Source: Chrysomallon squamiferum
Taxonomy: Eukaryota; Animalia; Mollusca
DNA: 64,000 nt
Reading direction: 5' to 3'
Assembly (NCBI GenBank): GCA_012295275.1
Contig: CM022665.1
Location: forward strand, 26,970,001-27,034,000
In this document: one piece after another, positions 1-10,695 of the stretch
Layout of the letters: every line of letters begins with the position of its first letter
How positions within the stretch are numbered: position 1 is the stretch's first letter
Notes under the pieces: model-generated
What the model was told of the DNA's origin: nothing
Database searches by the model: none
Seen by the model: the letters and a program-made list of their open reading frames with translations, nothing else
Made by a program: the position numbers and the translations under genes

Positions 1-288
1 GTGCATGTGTGCAAACAGGAGAAAAGAGTGAATAACCTATAATCGAATATTCAACCAAATGTGACTAAATTTACACTAAATTTTTATATTTAATTATTAT
101 TATTAAATAATTGTAAAACATATTTCATTGAAAGCCTTAAAACAATGACTAGATGTATTTTTATCTTAAATCATTTGGTACCACTTCTGAACATAACTAT
201 TGATCTTATTGTCTGGATGCAGAAAAACTAAGCTCATTTTACTGTTGTCCTTCCAGTGAAACACAATAAAGTTCTGATGTAATGAATC

Positions 289-783
289 TCAAATTATTAT
301 ACATCTTCCTGATTTTCTTTTCTGAAAAAAAATAAAAATAATAATAAAACATTTGATAAAATGCAACTGTCTGTGAAACAACACTATTACTATTTTCTTT
401 CCTTCCAAGACCTGCTTTAAAATAAAATAATATTCTTGTTTCTTGGAGGTTTTTAATTATTATTATTATTATTTTATAACTTTTGTTTTGATTTATATAC
501 TTACTGAAAAAAAGGAAAAAACATATAAATAAATAAATAAGTAAATAAGTAACTTATTTATTTAATCTCTCTAATTTGTAAATCTTATTTTGTTACATTA
601 TGGTAAGTTATTTATTTATTTTTCAGATTTGTTTGTGTGTGTGTGTGTGTGTGTGTGACATAAATATTTTACTTACACGCTCATCAGCTTTTGCAGTATG
701 TTCAGATGCTACCAGCTGTTGCAGTCTAGCATTACGATGATTTTCTTTAAAAACAAGATTATATAGAAAATAAATAATTCCAA

Positions 784-814
<31 letters not shown>

Positions 815-3800
815 TATTTGAAAATAGGCAGTTACAAATATATATATTCCTTATGTTTATTAGTTTATTTAGTTATTACTATTGAGAATATGTTTAACTG
901 TTTGACATAATTCAAGACATTTGCAATAAAAAATATCAATATATTACTACTAATAGTTGTTTTTATTTCTTACTTTTCTTACTTGTTTATTATTACTTAG
1001 AACATTTTTAATACTATTCAAGAATTAAAAATAAAAAAAATATCAAAATATTACTACTACTAAGTTATTTTTGTTTATTACTTTATTTATTTATTTTTAC
1101 GAAGGACATTTGTAATTGTATATCATAATTCATGACATTTATAAATTCACTGTTAAAAAAACAAATTATTTACACAGTATCAGATACATTTCAATGCATA
1201 GTTGTTTCATTTGTAAAGGAAAACCAGGCTCTGTTTAATTAAACTTTTTTTTTTAATGATTATTATGTTAAGTATATAGTTTTAAACTTTCCACTTTACT
1301 TTTTTACTTAAGGTATTTTAACAAACACAAAATGTTTTTTTGTTTTTTGTTTTTTTTAAACTTGTTTCTGTTTTTTAAATCAAAAATGTTTACACTTCAA
1401 AAATATTAACAATGGCACTATTTTATATCTGTCTATCTATCTAAATGTACATATAACACTATTATTACTAATATATTTCAAATCTAACTTTTTAACAAAT
1501 GTAAAAATTATAAAATGTAAAACAAATATATTTTCTGAATATGGTAACATGTTTAAAATAGTATATAATGTCAGTTTGTACAATTAATATCAGGAAATTA
1601 ACTAAATAGATCTTTATTAATTTAAATAATAATAATAAGTAAAATAAAATAAAATTTTAAAATATTTTGTTTTAAATACTTAATATAAATAAACCAGGTA
1701 ATAAATTATACATTATAGTTTGTGAAGACATTGCTTAGATATTTTATTTAAAATGAAAATATCACATTTATTATTATCATAGAAACCATAAAAAACTAAA
1801 ATTATGTAATAAGCTACATGTAAATTTAACGTATAGAGATGTTTACATAAAAAAGAATAAAAATAAATTAAAAAAATAAGAGTAAGAAGAAGCAAAATAA
1901 CGATACATCTTTACTAATTTAAAAAGAAATATGAAAACTAGATAGCATTGCTTACATAAATATATCTCAGATTGTCTTATTTAACTAAACAATATCACTT
2001 TTCGTATTATCTTGAAAGAGTAAAAGTTATGTTTTCTATTAAGCTGTGTGAAACTTTATGCATAATATAAAGGATATCTGCACACCACATGAGAAAGCAT
2101 GCGTGAATCAAAGTAATGTTTAGAAAAGCAATGCAATAACACAGTGTAAATTCTTTAAGTTACCAAAAACATAAAATTATTTTTACATACCACTGTAAAC
2201 AGACAACTCAGGTCTGGTTGTTGAATTTCGTTCAAGTTTTGGTTGACTGGCTGCACCATAGTATCGCTGAGAGGCACCAATGGGAGATGCGAAACCAGAA
2301 ACTCCTGTCTGTGAAAAGAAACAAAATTATTTAATTACAAACAGCACCGTAAAACGGTATTTAATCAGCGTTAATCATAAATGAAAACATAATTCTGTTT
2401 TTATCTTTTTATTATTTCTTTACTATTTATTTTTTTATCTAATTATTGCTATTATTGAGAACATTTTCAGTTATATGACATAATGCAAGTCATTAGAAAT
2501 AGAAAAATCTAAATATTACTACCAATAATAGTTTTTTTGATTTATTCTTTTTTTTAATTAGTTTATTTATTTATTAGTACAGAGAACATTTTTAATTTTA
2601 TGACATAATTCAAGATATTAGAAATACAAAATATCAAGATATTACTACCAATAATAGTTATTTTATTTCTTTTGTTTTCTTATTAGTTTATTTATTTATT
2701 TTTACTGAGGACCTTTTTAACCACATCAGATAATAGAAGATATTAGGAATAAAAAATATCAAAATATTACTACTAATCAATTTTATTAGTTTAAAAAAAA
2801 AAATTATAATGTTAAGTATATACTTTTTATTATTATTATAATTATTGTTGTTGTTTTTTTTTGTTGATTTTTTTTATTTTTTTATTTTATTTTGGTGTCT
2901 TTATTTATTTATTTATTTTAAATTTAAAAAATATAACAAACACTACTACTATTAATAATAAACATTTTACTTACACCTGGTGCTGGATTGATTCGAGAAG
3001 CCATTCCTATAACCATTGTGTGTATGTATTAAAAAATAAATGTTTATAATGATAGCAGAAGTCATAATATATTAATTAATATATAGAAATTATTACATAT
3101 TAAGAGAGAATAAAAATAATTAAATGAAATAAGAGTAAGAAGAAGGAAAATAACCACACATCTTTATTAATTTTAAAAGATATACAAAAACTAAATAGCA
3201 TTGCTTACATAAATATATTTTAGATTGTCTTATTTAACATAAAAATATAACTTTTCCCATTATCTTGAAAGAGTATACAAGTTATTTTTTCTATTAAGCA
3301 ATGTGAAACTTTATGTATAATATAAAGGAAATCCGCAAACCACATGAGAAAGTATGCTACAGTTAAACGCAGTTATACAACGTAAATTCTTTAAGTTATC
3401 AAAAACATAAAACTATGTTTACATACCACCGTAAATAGACAACTCGGGTCTGGTTGTTGAATTTCGTTCAAGTTTTGATTGACTGGCTTCACCATAGTAT
3501 CGCTGAGAGGCACCAATGGGAGATGTGAAACCCATATATCGTGCCTGTGAAACGAAACGAAATCATTTAATTAGAAGCAAAATTATAATGCTGTTAATAT
3601 TTTTTAATAAATACTTATTCGTGGACAACTATATTAATCGTTATTCGCTGCTCCATAAATAAATACTATCTCAGTACAAAAGTTGGAAAATAGAACAAAT
3701 TATCTTGATAATTTAAAAAAAAAAATAATAATTTAAAAAATTAAAATAATATAAAACAAAATGAAAAAAATTAATATACTTATTTAAACTGTCAAGAAAT

Positions 3801-4493
3801 TAATGCTTTTCTATACATACGTCGGTTGATTCCATCATATTATTATGTGAAGGAAAACAGAGACACTAAAATGCATTATGAAAGCAATATTTATTGCGAT
3901 ATGTTGCTATTATCTACATGTGTCAGAAATTGAAAGTAAAATACAACAAATACGTATATGATAATGTCTTACTTTACTGATATTGATACTAGATAATTAA
4001 ACACTCTTTGTATTTTAAGTTATTACTTTCAATTATATACATCACGTATACTTTAATTATTATTATTATTATTATTAATTTTAATTTTGTTATATACACT
4101 TACGTTTATATCAGCTGACGGATTACGTGGTGACTGGTCGTGATATTTTTCTTTAAAATAAATAAATACATACAGACATATAACCAGTCAGACCCACTCA
4201 GACATATATATAAATATTATAAATACATACATAAATAAATACGTGAAAACACACACACAATTATACACACACATGCATGTTGTACATACATAAATAGTTC
4301 ATACTAGTACTTGGTAATATTAAGACATAAACACCAGATCTAAACCAGCTATGTATTACTGCAATCTGCATGGCTTTTATAAAACATTAATATTCATTCA
4401 AAATTACAATATCATACAAAGAAATGATAAAACACTTGCTTATAATATTATAGTATTATGTAATATAATTATCATTTGCACAATATTGATGTG

Positions 4494-4532
<39 letters not shown>

Positions 4533-5089
4533 GTAAAATATAACTTCTATTAATTTAAATATTAATATATATACACAGACGAAAGAAGAATGTGGTACGA
4601 ATATTCCCTTTTAGTTTTTTTCTAATCCACTTATTCAGCCTGAGCGATGATAATGAAATTAAAAAAAAAAAAAAAATACAGTGAGTAAACAGTTTAATTA
4701 CCTCTTTTGTGCGTCTTGATAATTTTGTCGATTTTTAGTTCCATATAACGATCATTGCGAATTCGAATGGACAATCCTTCATTATGTGTTGTATATTTAT
4801 TCATAAAACGGTTTGAATTGTACGGTGTCGTTACAACTTTAATACTTCCGACTAACCCGACATTTTCGAGCTTTTTCAGAAGAAACAAACGTCGGTTTCC
4901 ATCGATAACAAAAGGTTTTCCATCATAAACCATAACTTCAACTGGTGGAAGGCGCTGTTGTGGTGTTGGTGATTTCAAAAGATCGCTTAAAGATTCGTCC
5001 AGAGGTAGACCATCTTTAAATGTGTGCTTTATACTGTCTTGTGAATAAAATAATTGTGACGGTCGATACGTTATCGTATTTGAATACAT
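289..5089 (-). CDS. ParB/sulfiredoxin-fold domain protein, paralogue A; 8 exons, about 282 aa, C-terminal polybasic + CaaX motif
   Basis: Exon 1 (5089-4702) encodes RPSQLFYSQDSIKHTFKDG...LPPVEVMVYDGKPFVIDGNRRLFLLKKL, a ParB N-terminal/Srx-like motif, and ends at AG|GTAATT in phase 1. Further GT-AG exons keep one open frame: 4150-4104 (EKYHDQSPRNPSADIN), 3865-3821 (CLCFPSHNNMMESTD), 3544-3427 (ARYMGF...LSIYG), 3006-2975 (GMASRINPAPG), 2308-2191 (TGVSGF...LSVYS), 744-677 (ENHRNARLQQ...ADER) and 321-289 (KRKSGRCIII*). The total is 849 nt. Exon 1 is well supported; the small exons are manual predictions. Confidence 0.72.
1830..3570. repeat. Tandem duplication (offset about 1236 bp) containing a duplicated 118-nt exon
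   Basis: About 1830-2335 matches about 3090-3570 (for example TCTGGTTGTTGAATTTCGTTCAAGTTTTG and CACCATAGTATCGCTGAGAGGCACCAATGGGAGATG occur in both). Related ~110-120 bp AT-rich units (AATATTACTAC-AATAGTT) also recur at about 850-1140 and 2430-2790. Confidence 0.85.
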
Positions 5090-5122
5090 CTTCTAAACTG
5101 TATAATTATTATTAAGCACACA

Positions 5123-5218
5123 TTTATATACCAGAATGTCATACAGACTGAAAGTCGCTATTTCCACAAATGAAAAAAGTGAAACTAGACTTCCAAGAAA
5201 AGGTTGTTTTTCTTAGAA
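5123..5218 (-). promoter_or_regulatory. Paralogue A promoter: TATA box, IRF-E-like element and two STAT GAS elements
   Basis: TATATAAA (minus strand, 5130-5123) lies about 35 bp upstream of the ATG. AAAAGTGAAACT is at 5175-5186. TTCCAAGAA (5191-5199) and TTCTTAGAA (5210-5218) both match TTCN3GAA. Motif matches only. Confidence 0.55.
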
Positions 5219-5593
5219 GGCGATAAAGGTTTTACCAGTAATCTATTTTTACACCATTATGAATAATTTTTTTTTTTTTTTTAATTTAACTGCTTAATGA
5301 CTGTATTTCAGTACAACAACAACAATATTAGTAGTAGTGGTAGCAGTGCTTTTTAGACGGTTTGTCCAATGGGTATCGATGTCTTTTAATTGTCATCATT
5401 TCGTGATATATAATATGAAAGAAATTAACATTACAGTTTAAATGTTACTGTCAAGTATTTATCACTTACTCTGCGCTCACTATAACTGTTATAGTCGATT
5501 TCGTACAGTGTACATTGCCTTCACTCACTTCACACAAGGAAATTCAGTAAAATAATATATTAGTCACACTAATGTAAGTAGGTGACAACGAGG

Positions 5594-5718
5594 ATTATTA
5601 TTATTATTATTATTTATTTATTTTTATTTTATTATTATTATTATTATTTATTTATTTTTATTTTATTATTATTATTATTATTTATTTATTTTTATTTTAT
5701 TATTATTATTATTATTAT
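5594..5718. repeat. Compound (TTA)n/(TTTA)n simple repeat with a repeated ~34-bp unit
   Basis: Directly visible. Other microsatellites: (AT)n 4497-4531, (GT)n ~633-657, 6141-6170, 13473-13504 and 18027-18071, (AC)n 17497-17540. Confidence 0.9.
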
Positions 5719-6138
5719 AACTATTTATATATCACTGTTTTGTTTTTATTGATGAAAGAATATTCATTAAAATATTATTTTAACATATTTCTTGTAACAT
5801 CGGCATTTGGATACTGCGGCCTAATCTTAAATATTAAATATGACAAGAACTACAACAACAACAACAAAATTAATAAACAATAGCCGTAACACACTTTGTA
5901 AATCATATAATCATTTATTTAAAAAGCATCAATATAGCAAAGACAGCATCAAAATTTAGAAAGAAATTTAAGAAATATCAACAGTTTGAAAGCAAAGAAA
6001 TATTTACCTTTTTAATTAAAAAGAATTTAATTATCATATGTTTTACAAAAGGATATAAATATAATACATTAATAGTTACTAAAGTATATAAATACATATT
6101 TTATTATTATTATTATTATTATTACTAAGTGTGTGTGT

Positions 6139-6172
<34 letters not shown>

Positions 6173-7408
6173 GCTATAGTCGACAAAATTAAATTTCATG
6201 AACAGAAAGAAAATCATCAAATAATTTAAAAAACAAAAAGACTGAAATAAAGAAATATGTGTGTTTGCAAATATATGAATGTATGTATGTATGTGTATAT
6301 GATATATATGTATCTACGTATGTATGTCTGTGTGTATGTATAGACGGAGAGAGACAGGCAGAGGAAGGTTTCAAGGTGGAATTTACTGCTTATATTTCAC
6401 GAAAATTTAGTCAGTCACTAATCTAACAAAATACAAAAGGCAACAATAGTTTCTTTTATGCCATTTCACTTAAACTTTGTTACTGTTCACTGAAATGTAC
6501 TAAGAATGCAATTATTTTTCAAAGCATTTATATCAACAAAATATAGTTTCTGTTCAAAAAAGAACATTCATCATCCAGTCTTTTTCTTCGTCTATAGCTC
6601 TTTGTTCTTTTGTTTTTCTTTTCGCTACCTCTCATTCGTAAGCACTGTTTCTTCCATTAAGAATCAACAAACGGCTTCGATTTGTGTCTGCCTAAAATCT
6701 CTCACTTGATTTTGAAATGATCAGTAACTTGCGTGATAAAAATGTGCCTCCTGTCAGCAGATTTTTATCTGTTCGATTCAGCGTCACAATCACAATCATC
6801 ATAATAGTCCTGATTCTGACTCAGAATATCTGACTTTTATACTGACGTTTGTTTTCATCACTGCATAAGTAGATGAGTCTTACGCCTTTCCTTAAAATAA
6901 TAATAAAAAAAAAAAAAAAAAAAGAAGAAAAAGTAATAAGTTAGCAGTGACTATAGAATTATCTGATACTGTCTTTACTTAATTTTTAGTACGCAGCTCT
7001 GAATATCGTGGATATCTGGGCATCCAGTTACGTAATAGCATTTATTCTCATTGATGTCAGAAGTTAAAATAATAATAATTATAATCGGAGTAAAACTCTA
7101 TTAATAATGTTGTAATATTATTATAATTCAGTGTTATAATTAATATCTTTGCAGTTCTGCCTATGGAACAAAATAAAAACATTATATTGAAATAATAATA
7201 ATAGTTAATAATAATAATTATTATTTTGTCCGTGAAACACTAGATACTTTTATTTTTTAAAATTTACTGCGGTAGTAGTAACAGAGGTAATTGTGTTGTA
7301 GCAATAGTAATAGTAGTAGCAGCAGCAGCAGAGACTGCAGTAGTGGAAATTGTAATATAAATAATAGTAGTAATAGCAGAAACAGTAACAAAAACAATAA
7401 TGTTAATG

Positions 7409-7440
<32 letters not shown>

Positions 7441-7444
7441 TTAC

Positions 7445-7835
7445 CTTTTTGATATTCTTCAATGACACGTCTGACTTTGTAATTCATAAGGGGATCACTT
7501 CGAATACGAACAGAAACACCTCCACAATTTGTTTTATATGCCCGACGAAAATGAAATGTATTGAATGGCACTACGTTCACTGTAACAGTGTTGACTAATC
7601 CAGCCGATTCTAACTGTTTCAGTAAGAACAGTCGTCGGTTTCCATTAACTACATAGTACTTTCCTCCAAACTCCATGACTTTCATCTTAGGCAGTACTGT
7701 CTCCGGTCTTTCGCTTATTTGAAGCAGATCTTTCAAAGAATCATCTAAGTTTCGATTATCAGGAACGCCAAAATGACTGTTTATGTTGTTATGTGCGAAA
7801 AAAAGCTCCGACGGCTTAAACGACATTTGAGGCAT
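7445..7835 (-). CDS. ParB/sulfiredoxin-fold domain protein, paralogue B (first coding exon; 3' exons unresolved)
   Basis: Aligns end to end with exon 1 of paralogue A (FKPSELFF / YRPSQLFY; LDDSLKDLL / LDESLSDLL; VVNGNRRLFLLKQLE / VIDGNRRLFLLKKLE; GVSVRIR / GLSIRIR). Donor AAG|GTAAAT at 7444 is at the equivalent position and in the same phase 1. The poly-Leu tail in the ORF track is an intronic (TTA)n/(CTA)n repeat. Confidence 0.75.
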
Positions 7836-7903
7836 ATTGATATTATGTTTGATGCTCGCAATACTGATCCGTTATAATTGACAGTGTTAGATCAGAAATT
7901 CTA

Positions 7904-8168
7904 TTTTATACCACTTTAAATAGAAAGTGATTAGTTCAGGGAATTTTATTTTATGTTCCAGAACATTCGCTTGGGTGGCTGTGACAGATTCTGACTGATT
8001 TCGTAAGCCGAAACTGAGAATTTCTACTTTCATTTTGATAAACATTTATTCTTAGTAGCGGTAGTAGTAGCAATGGGATCTATTATCGCGCTTATTAAAA
8101 TGTAATTTTACACACCCGAAAGAGGCATTTAAAAATAAAATAAATAAAAGACATACTTGGGGAATTCC
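7904..8168 (-). promoter_or_regulatory. Paralogue B promoter: TATA box, GAS, IRF-E-like elements and an NF-kB site
   Basis: TATAAAA (minus, 7910-7904); TTCAGGGAA (7935-7943); GAAACTGAGAA (8010-8020); ACTTTCATTTT (8026-8036, reverse complement AAAATGAAAGT); GGGGAATTCC (8159-8168), which fits GGGRNNYYCC. Motif matches only. Confidence 0.5.
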
Positions 8169-9371
8169 TTTATCTCTCGTAAGAGTTATTTATAGTACTG
8201 AGCTGTAACATTTAATATAAAATGATTAAGTTTTCTGTACATCAGACTGCGAAATTTTTTATTGCAGCAAGAAAACTAATAGCAATAATAATGGTGATAG
8301 TGGTCGCAGTAGAAGCAACCTTGAAATATTCATTTTAATTAGTCATTATAGAACAATTACATACAAAATATTGTATGATTTTTCCACTTATCTTGATAGT
8401 AGTATTCATCACCAAAAATATGTAGATCTTTAAAGAGGGATGTAGTCTTAACTTTCTAACCATTAAACTTAAGTCTGCTATTACCATTAATAATAATAAT
8501 AATAATAATCAAACTCAGACTGAAACTATTAACTGAAAGAATCCGCCACTTTGAAACCAATTACATTATATATGACAAATGTACATTATTAAACGGATGA
8601 AAAAAAAAATGTATCTTTCCTTACTTTCACGTTTTGGTGTAATCATATTCAGGTGATATTACAACTTACATTACACAAATAAAAATTACCTTTTAATACT
8701 GAAACTTGACATACTGCCAAGTTAAACAATAATTCGTTGTTATCAATGTTCCACTTCTTTTCTTTTTCTTCTTACAGAAACAAATTACCTGAATGTACGT
8801 ATTTGTCAGTACGTGCGTATGTGCATGTATGTAATTGAATGTAATCATTCTGTTACTTTGAAATACTTCTGAACTGCAATAAGTGGAATAATAACAACAA
8901 CAACAATAAAAAAACATTTATAATAACATAATAATACTAACAACATCAACAACAACAACACTAACAATAATGCACAAACCTGTGTTTAATTAGTGCGTAT
9001 ACATCTTTTCTAGTATTGCAAATATTTTTATATCAGGTAGATGACACCAAACGTAATTCTAGACGTAGTATTTAAAGAACAAGATTTTCTTATCTATAAA
9101 AACTGAGAGTTACTAGTGAAAATATAATGATTAAAGATTTTCTTAATTCTGTATTATTGCGTAACTGTAATAAAATACAAAAATACTATTGATCATCAAG
9201 CAGCTAGGGCGTATCCAGCTTTTCTAATGAGGGGGGGTCCATGACAAAAATGGCACCTAATATTTTGAAAAGGCATTATTGAAAAATTACTCACGGTTCA
9301 CATGGACCATAATATAATATTGCTACAAAAGGGACGCAGAAATTTAAAAAAATATATATATATCTATATGT

Positions 9372-9406
<35 letters not shown>

Positions 9407-9970
9407 TTGTAAAAAAACTAACTAAAAAACTAAAAATTCTAATTAAAAGGGGGATTTCTCAAATTAACCCAACCCAGTGCAATTAATCGTTGATAAAATG
9501 TGTCCTTGAACGATATGCATAGTGTAAATTTTTTGATGATATACCATTGAATCAAATGATAAGAAAACTCTGCAGTGATATCCAGTATGGCTATTTATGT
9601 GATAAACAATGACACACGAACTAATTTGATTAAAACACAAAATTATAGAATAGCGTAAATCGAAAAAATTGCGTGCTTGAGGGCTTGAATAAACATAATC
9701 CAAACGGATACTTTATCCCTATATTTTCAATACTTTTATCCCATTTCATATTCAGGACATCCCAAGGCTTCGAAAATAAATGTTTTGTTAAGATATGTGA
9801 GGGGTACAGGGTGTTATTTTTAGCCTATGACTTAAACACACAAACACAAACGCACACAAGCGCGCGCTTGCGAAGCATTAATAAAATTAAAAAGTTTACA
9901 AGGGAGACAATTTAAAAACAAAAACGAAATCTTTTATATGTAAAACTATATTATTTGTTTACTTCTAGGA

Positions 9971-10010
9971 TTTTCGTTTCGAAAGTAGTTTTGTTGTTGA
10001 AAGTGAAACG
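9971..10010 (+). promoter_or_regulatory. ISRE/IRF-E elements upstream of CMTR1
   Basis: TTTCGTTTC (9972-9980) and GAAAGTGAAAC (9999-10009) lie in a CpG-containing segment. They precede a probable non-coding first exon (donor about 10155, acceptor AG 10664-10665). Confidence 0.55.
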
Positions 10011-10695
10011 AGTGTTATACTGCCACAGTTAACTATGTGTACCTTTCCTTTATTTAGTAAGCAAATCATCTCCTGTATTATAAACAGCAAATAGTCTTCG
10101 AGCCCCGAGTTACATATTTTGATATCACTGTCCTATTACCCACACGTCTTAACGGTTAAGTTAACGGTTAACCAAAATTAATAAATAGCTGAAGTGTGAT
10201 TATCATTACAATGATTATGATTATAAAATATAATTATTTATTCAATATATTAATGAAATTGAATATTATTATATTATGAATATGTATAATCTTGATTATT
10301 GATTACTTTATACTTGTAATACAATTCAGCATTATTTTGGAAAAAGAACATGTAAATATTACATGAATTATTTTAACTTAAGATTAGACTGGAATATAAG
10401 CAACTGATATCCAGAAATTGCTTGAGTATTCAATATTTTAGAATTACATATTCTTAAGTCTGCAGACTTCAAGTTGGTTTTCTAACATTTTCAGAAAATG
10501 ACTTCCACACACTAACAAGTAATGTTATTCAGTATTATACATTATTTAATTACTGTAGATAAGAATCAGTTATGTATCAATATATTTTACATTTTATGCT
10601 AATATTAAAATTATGCTGCTTCATTTTAATACTGATAATATTGTTATATAAACATTATCTCTCAGATTCTGGTGTTGAATGTTAAAAAAGTCAAA

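Noticed and set aside
850-2790. Recurring AT-rich units as a CRISPR-like array
   Set aside because: They are degenerate ~110-120 bp intronic repeats with no constant repeat/unique spacer pattern, the context is eukaryotic and there are no cas genes.
3549-3564. GAAACGAAACGAAA as an intronic ISRE
   Set aside because: It is adequately explained as the polypyrimidine tract of the minus-strand acceptor at 3545.
7257-7444. Poly-Leu 'transmembrane' tail of ORF 7257..7835
   Set aside because: It is a translation of (TTA)n/(CTA)n microsatellite after a strong splice donor at the same position as in paralogue A, so it is intronic.
4694-7835. Calling the two ORFs sulfiredoxin, or bacterial ParB from contamination
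   Set aside because: They lack the Srx GCHR cysteine and the ParB HTH/dimerisation domains. They have spliceosomal introns, TATA boxes and host-like AT-rich context.
9204-9480. GC-rich motif GGGCGTATCCAG...GGGGGGG as a transposon end
   Set aside because: No matching inverted end or target-site duplication could be found.
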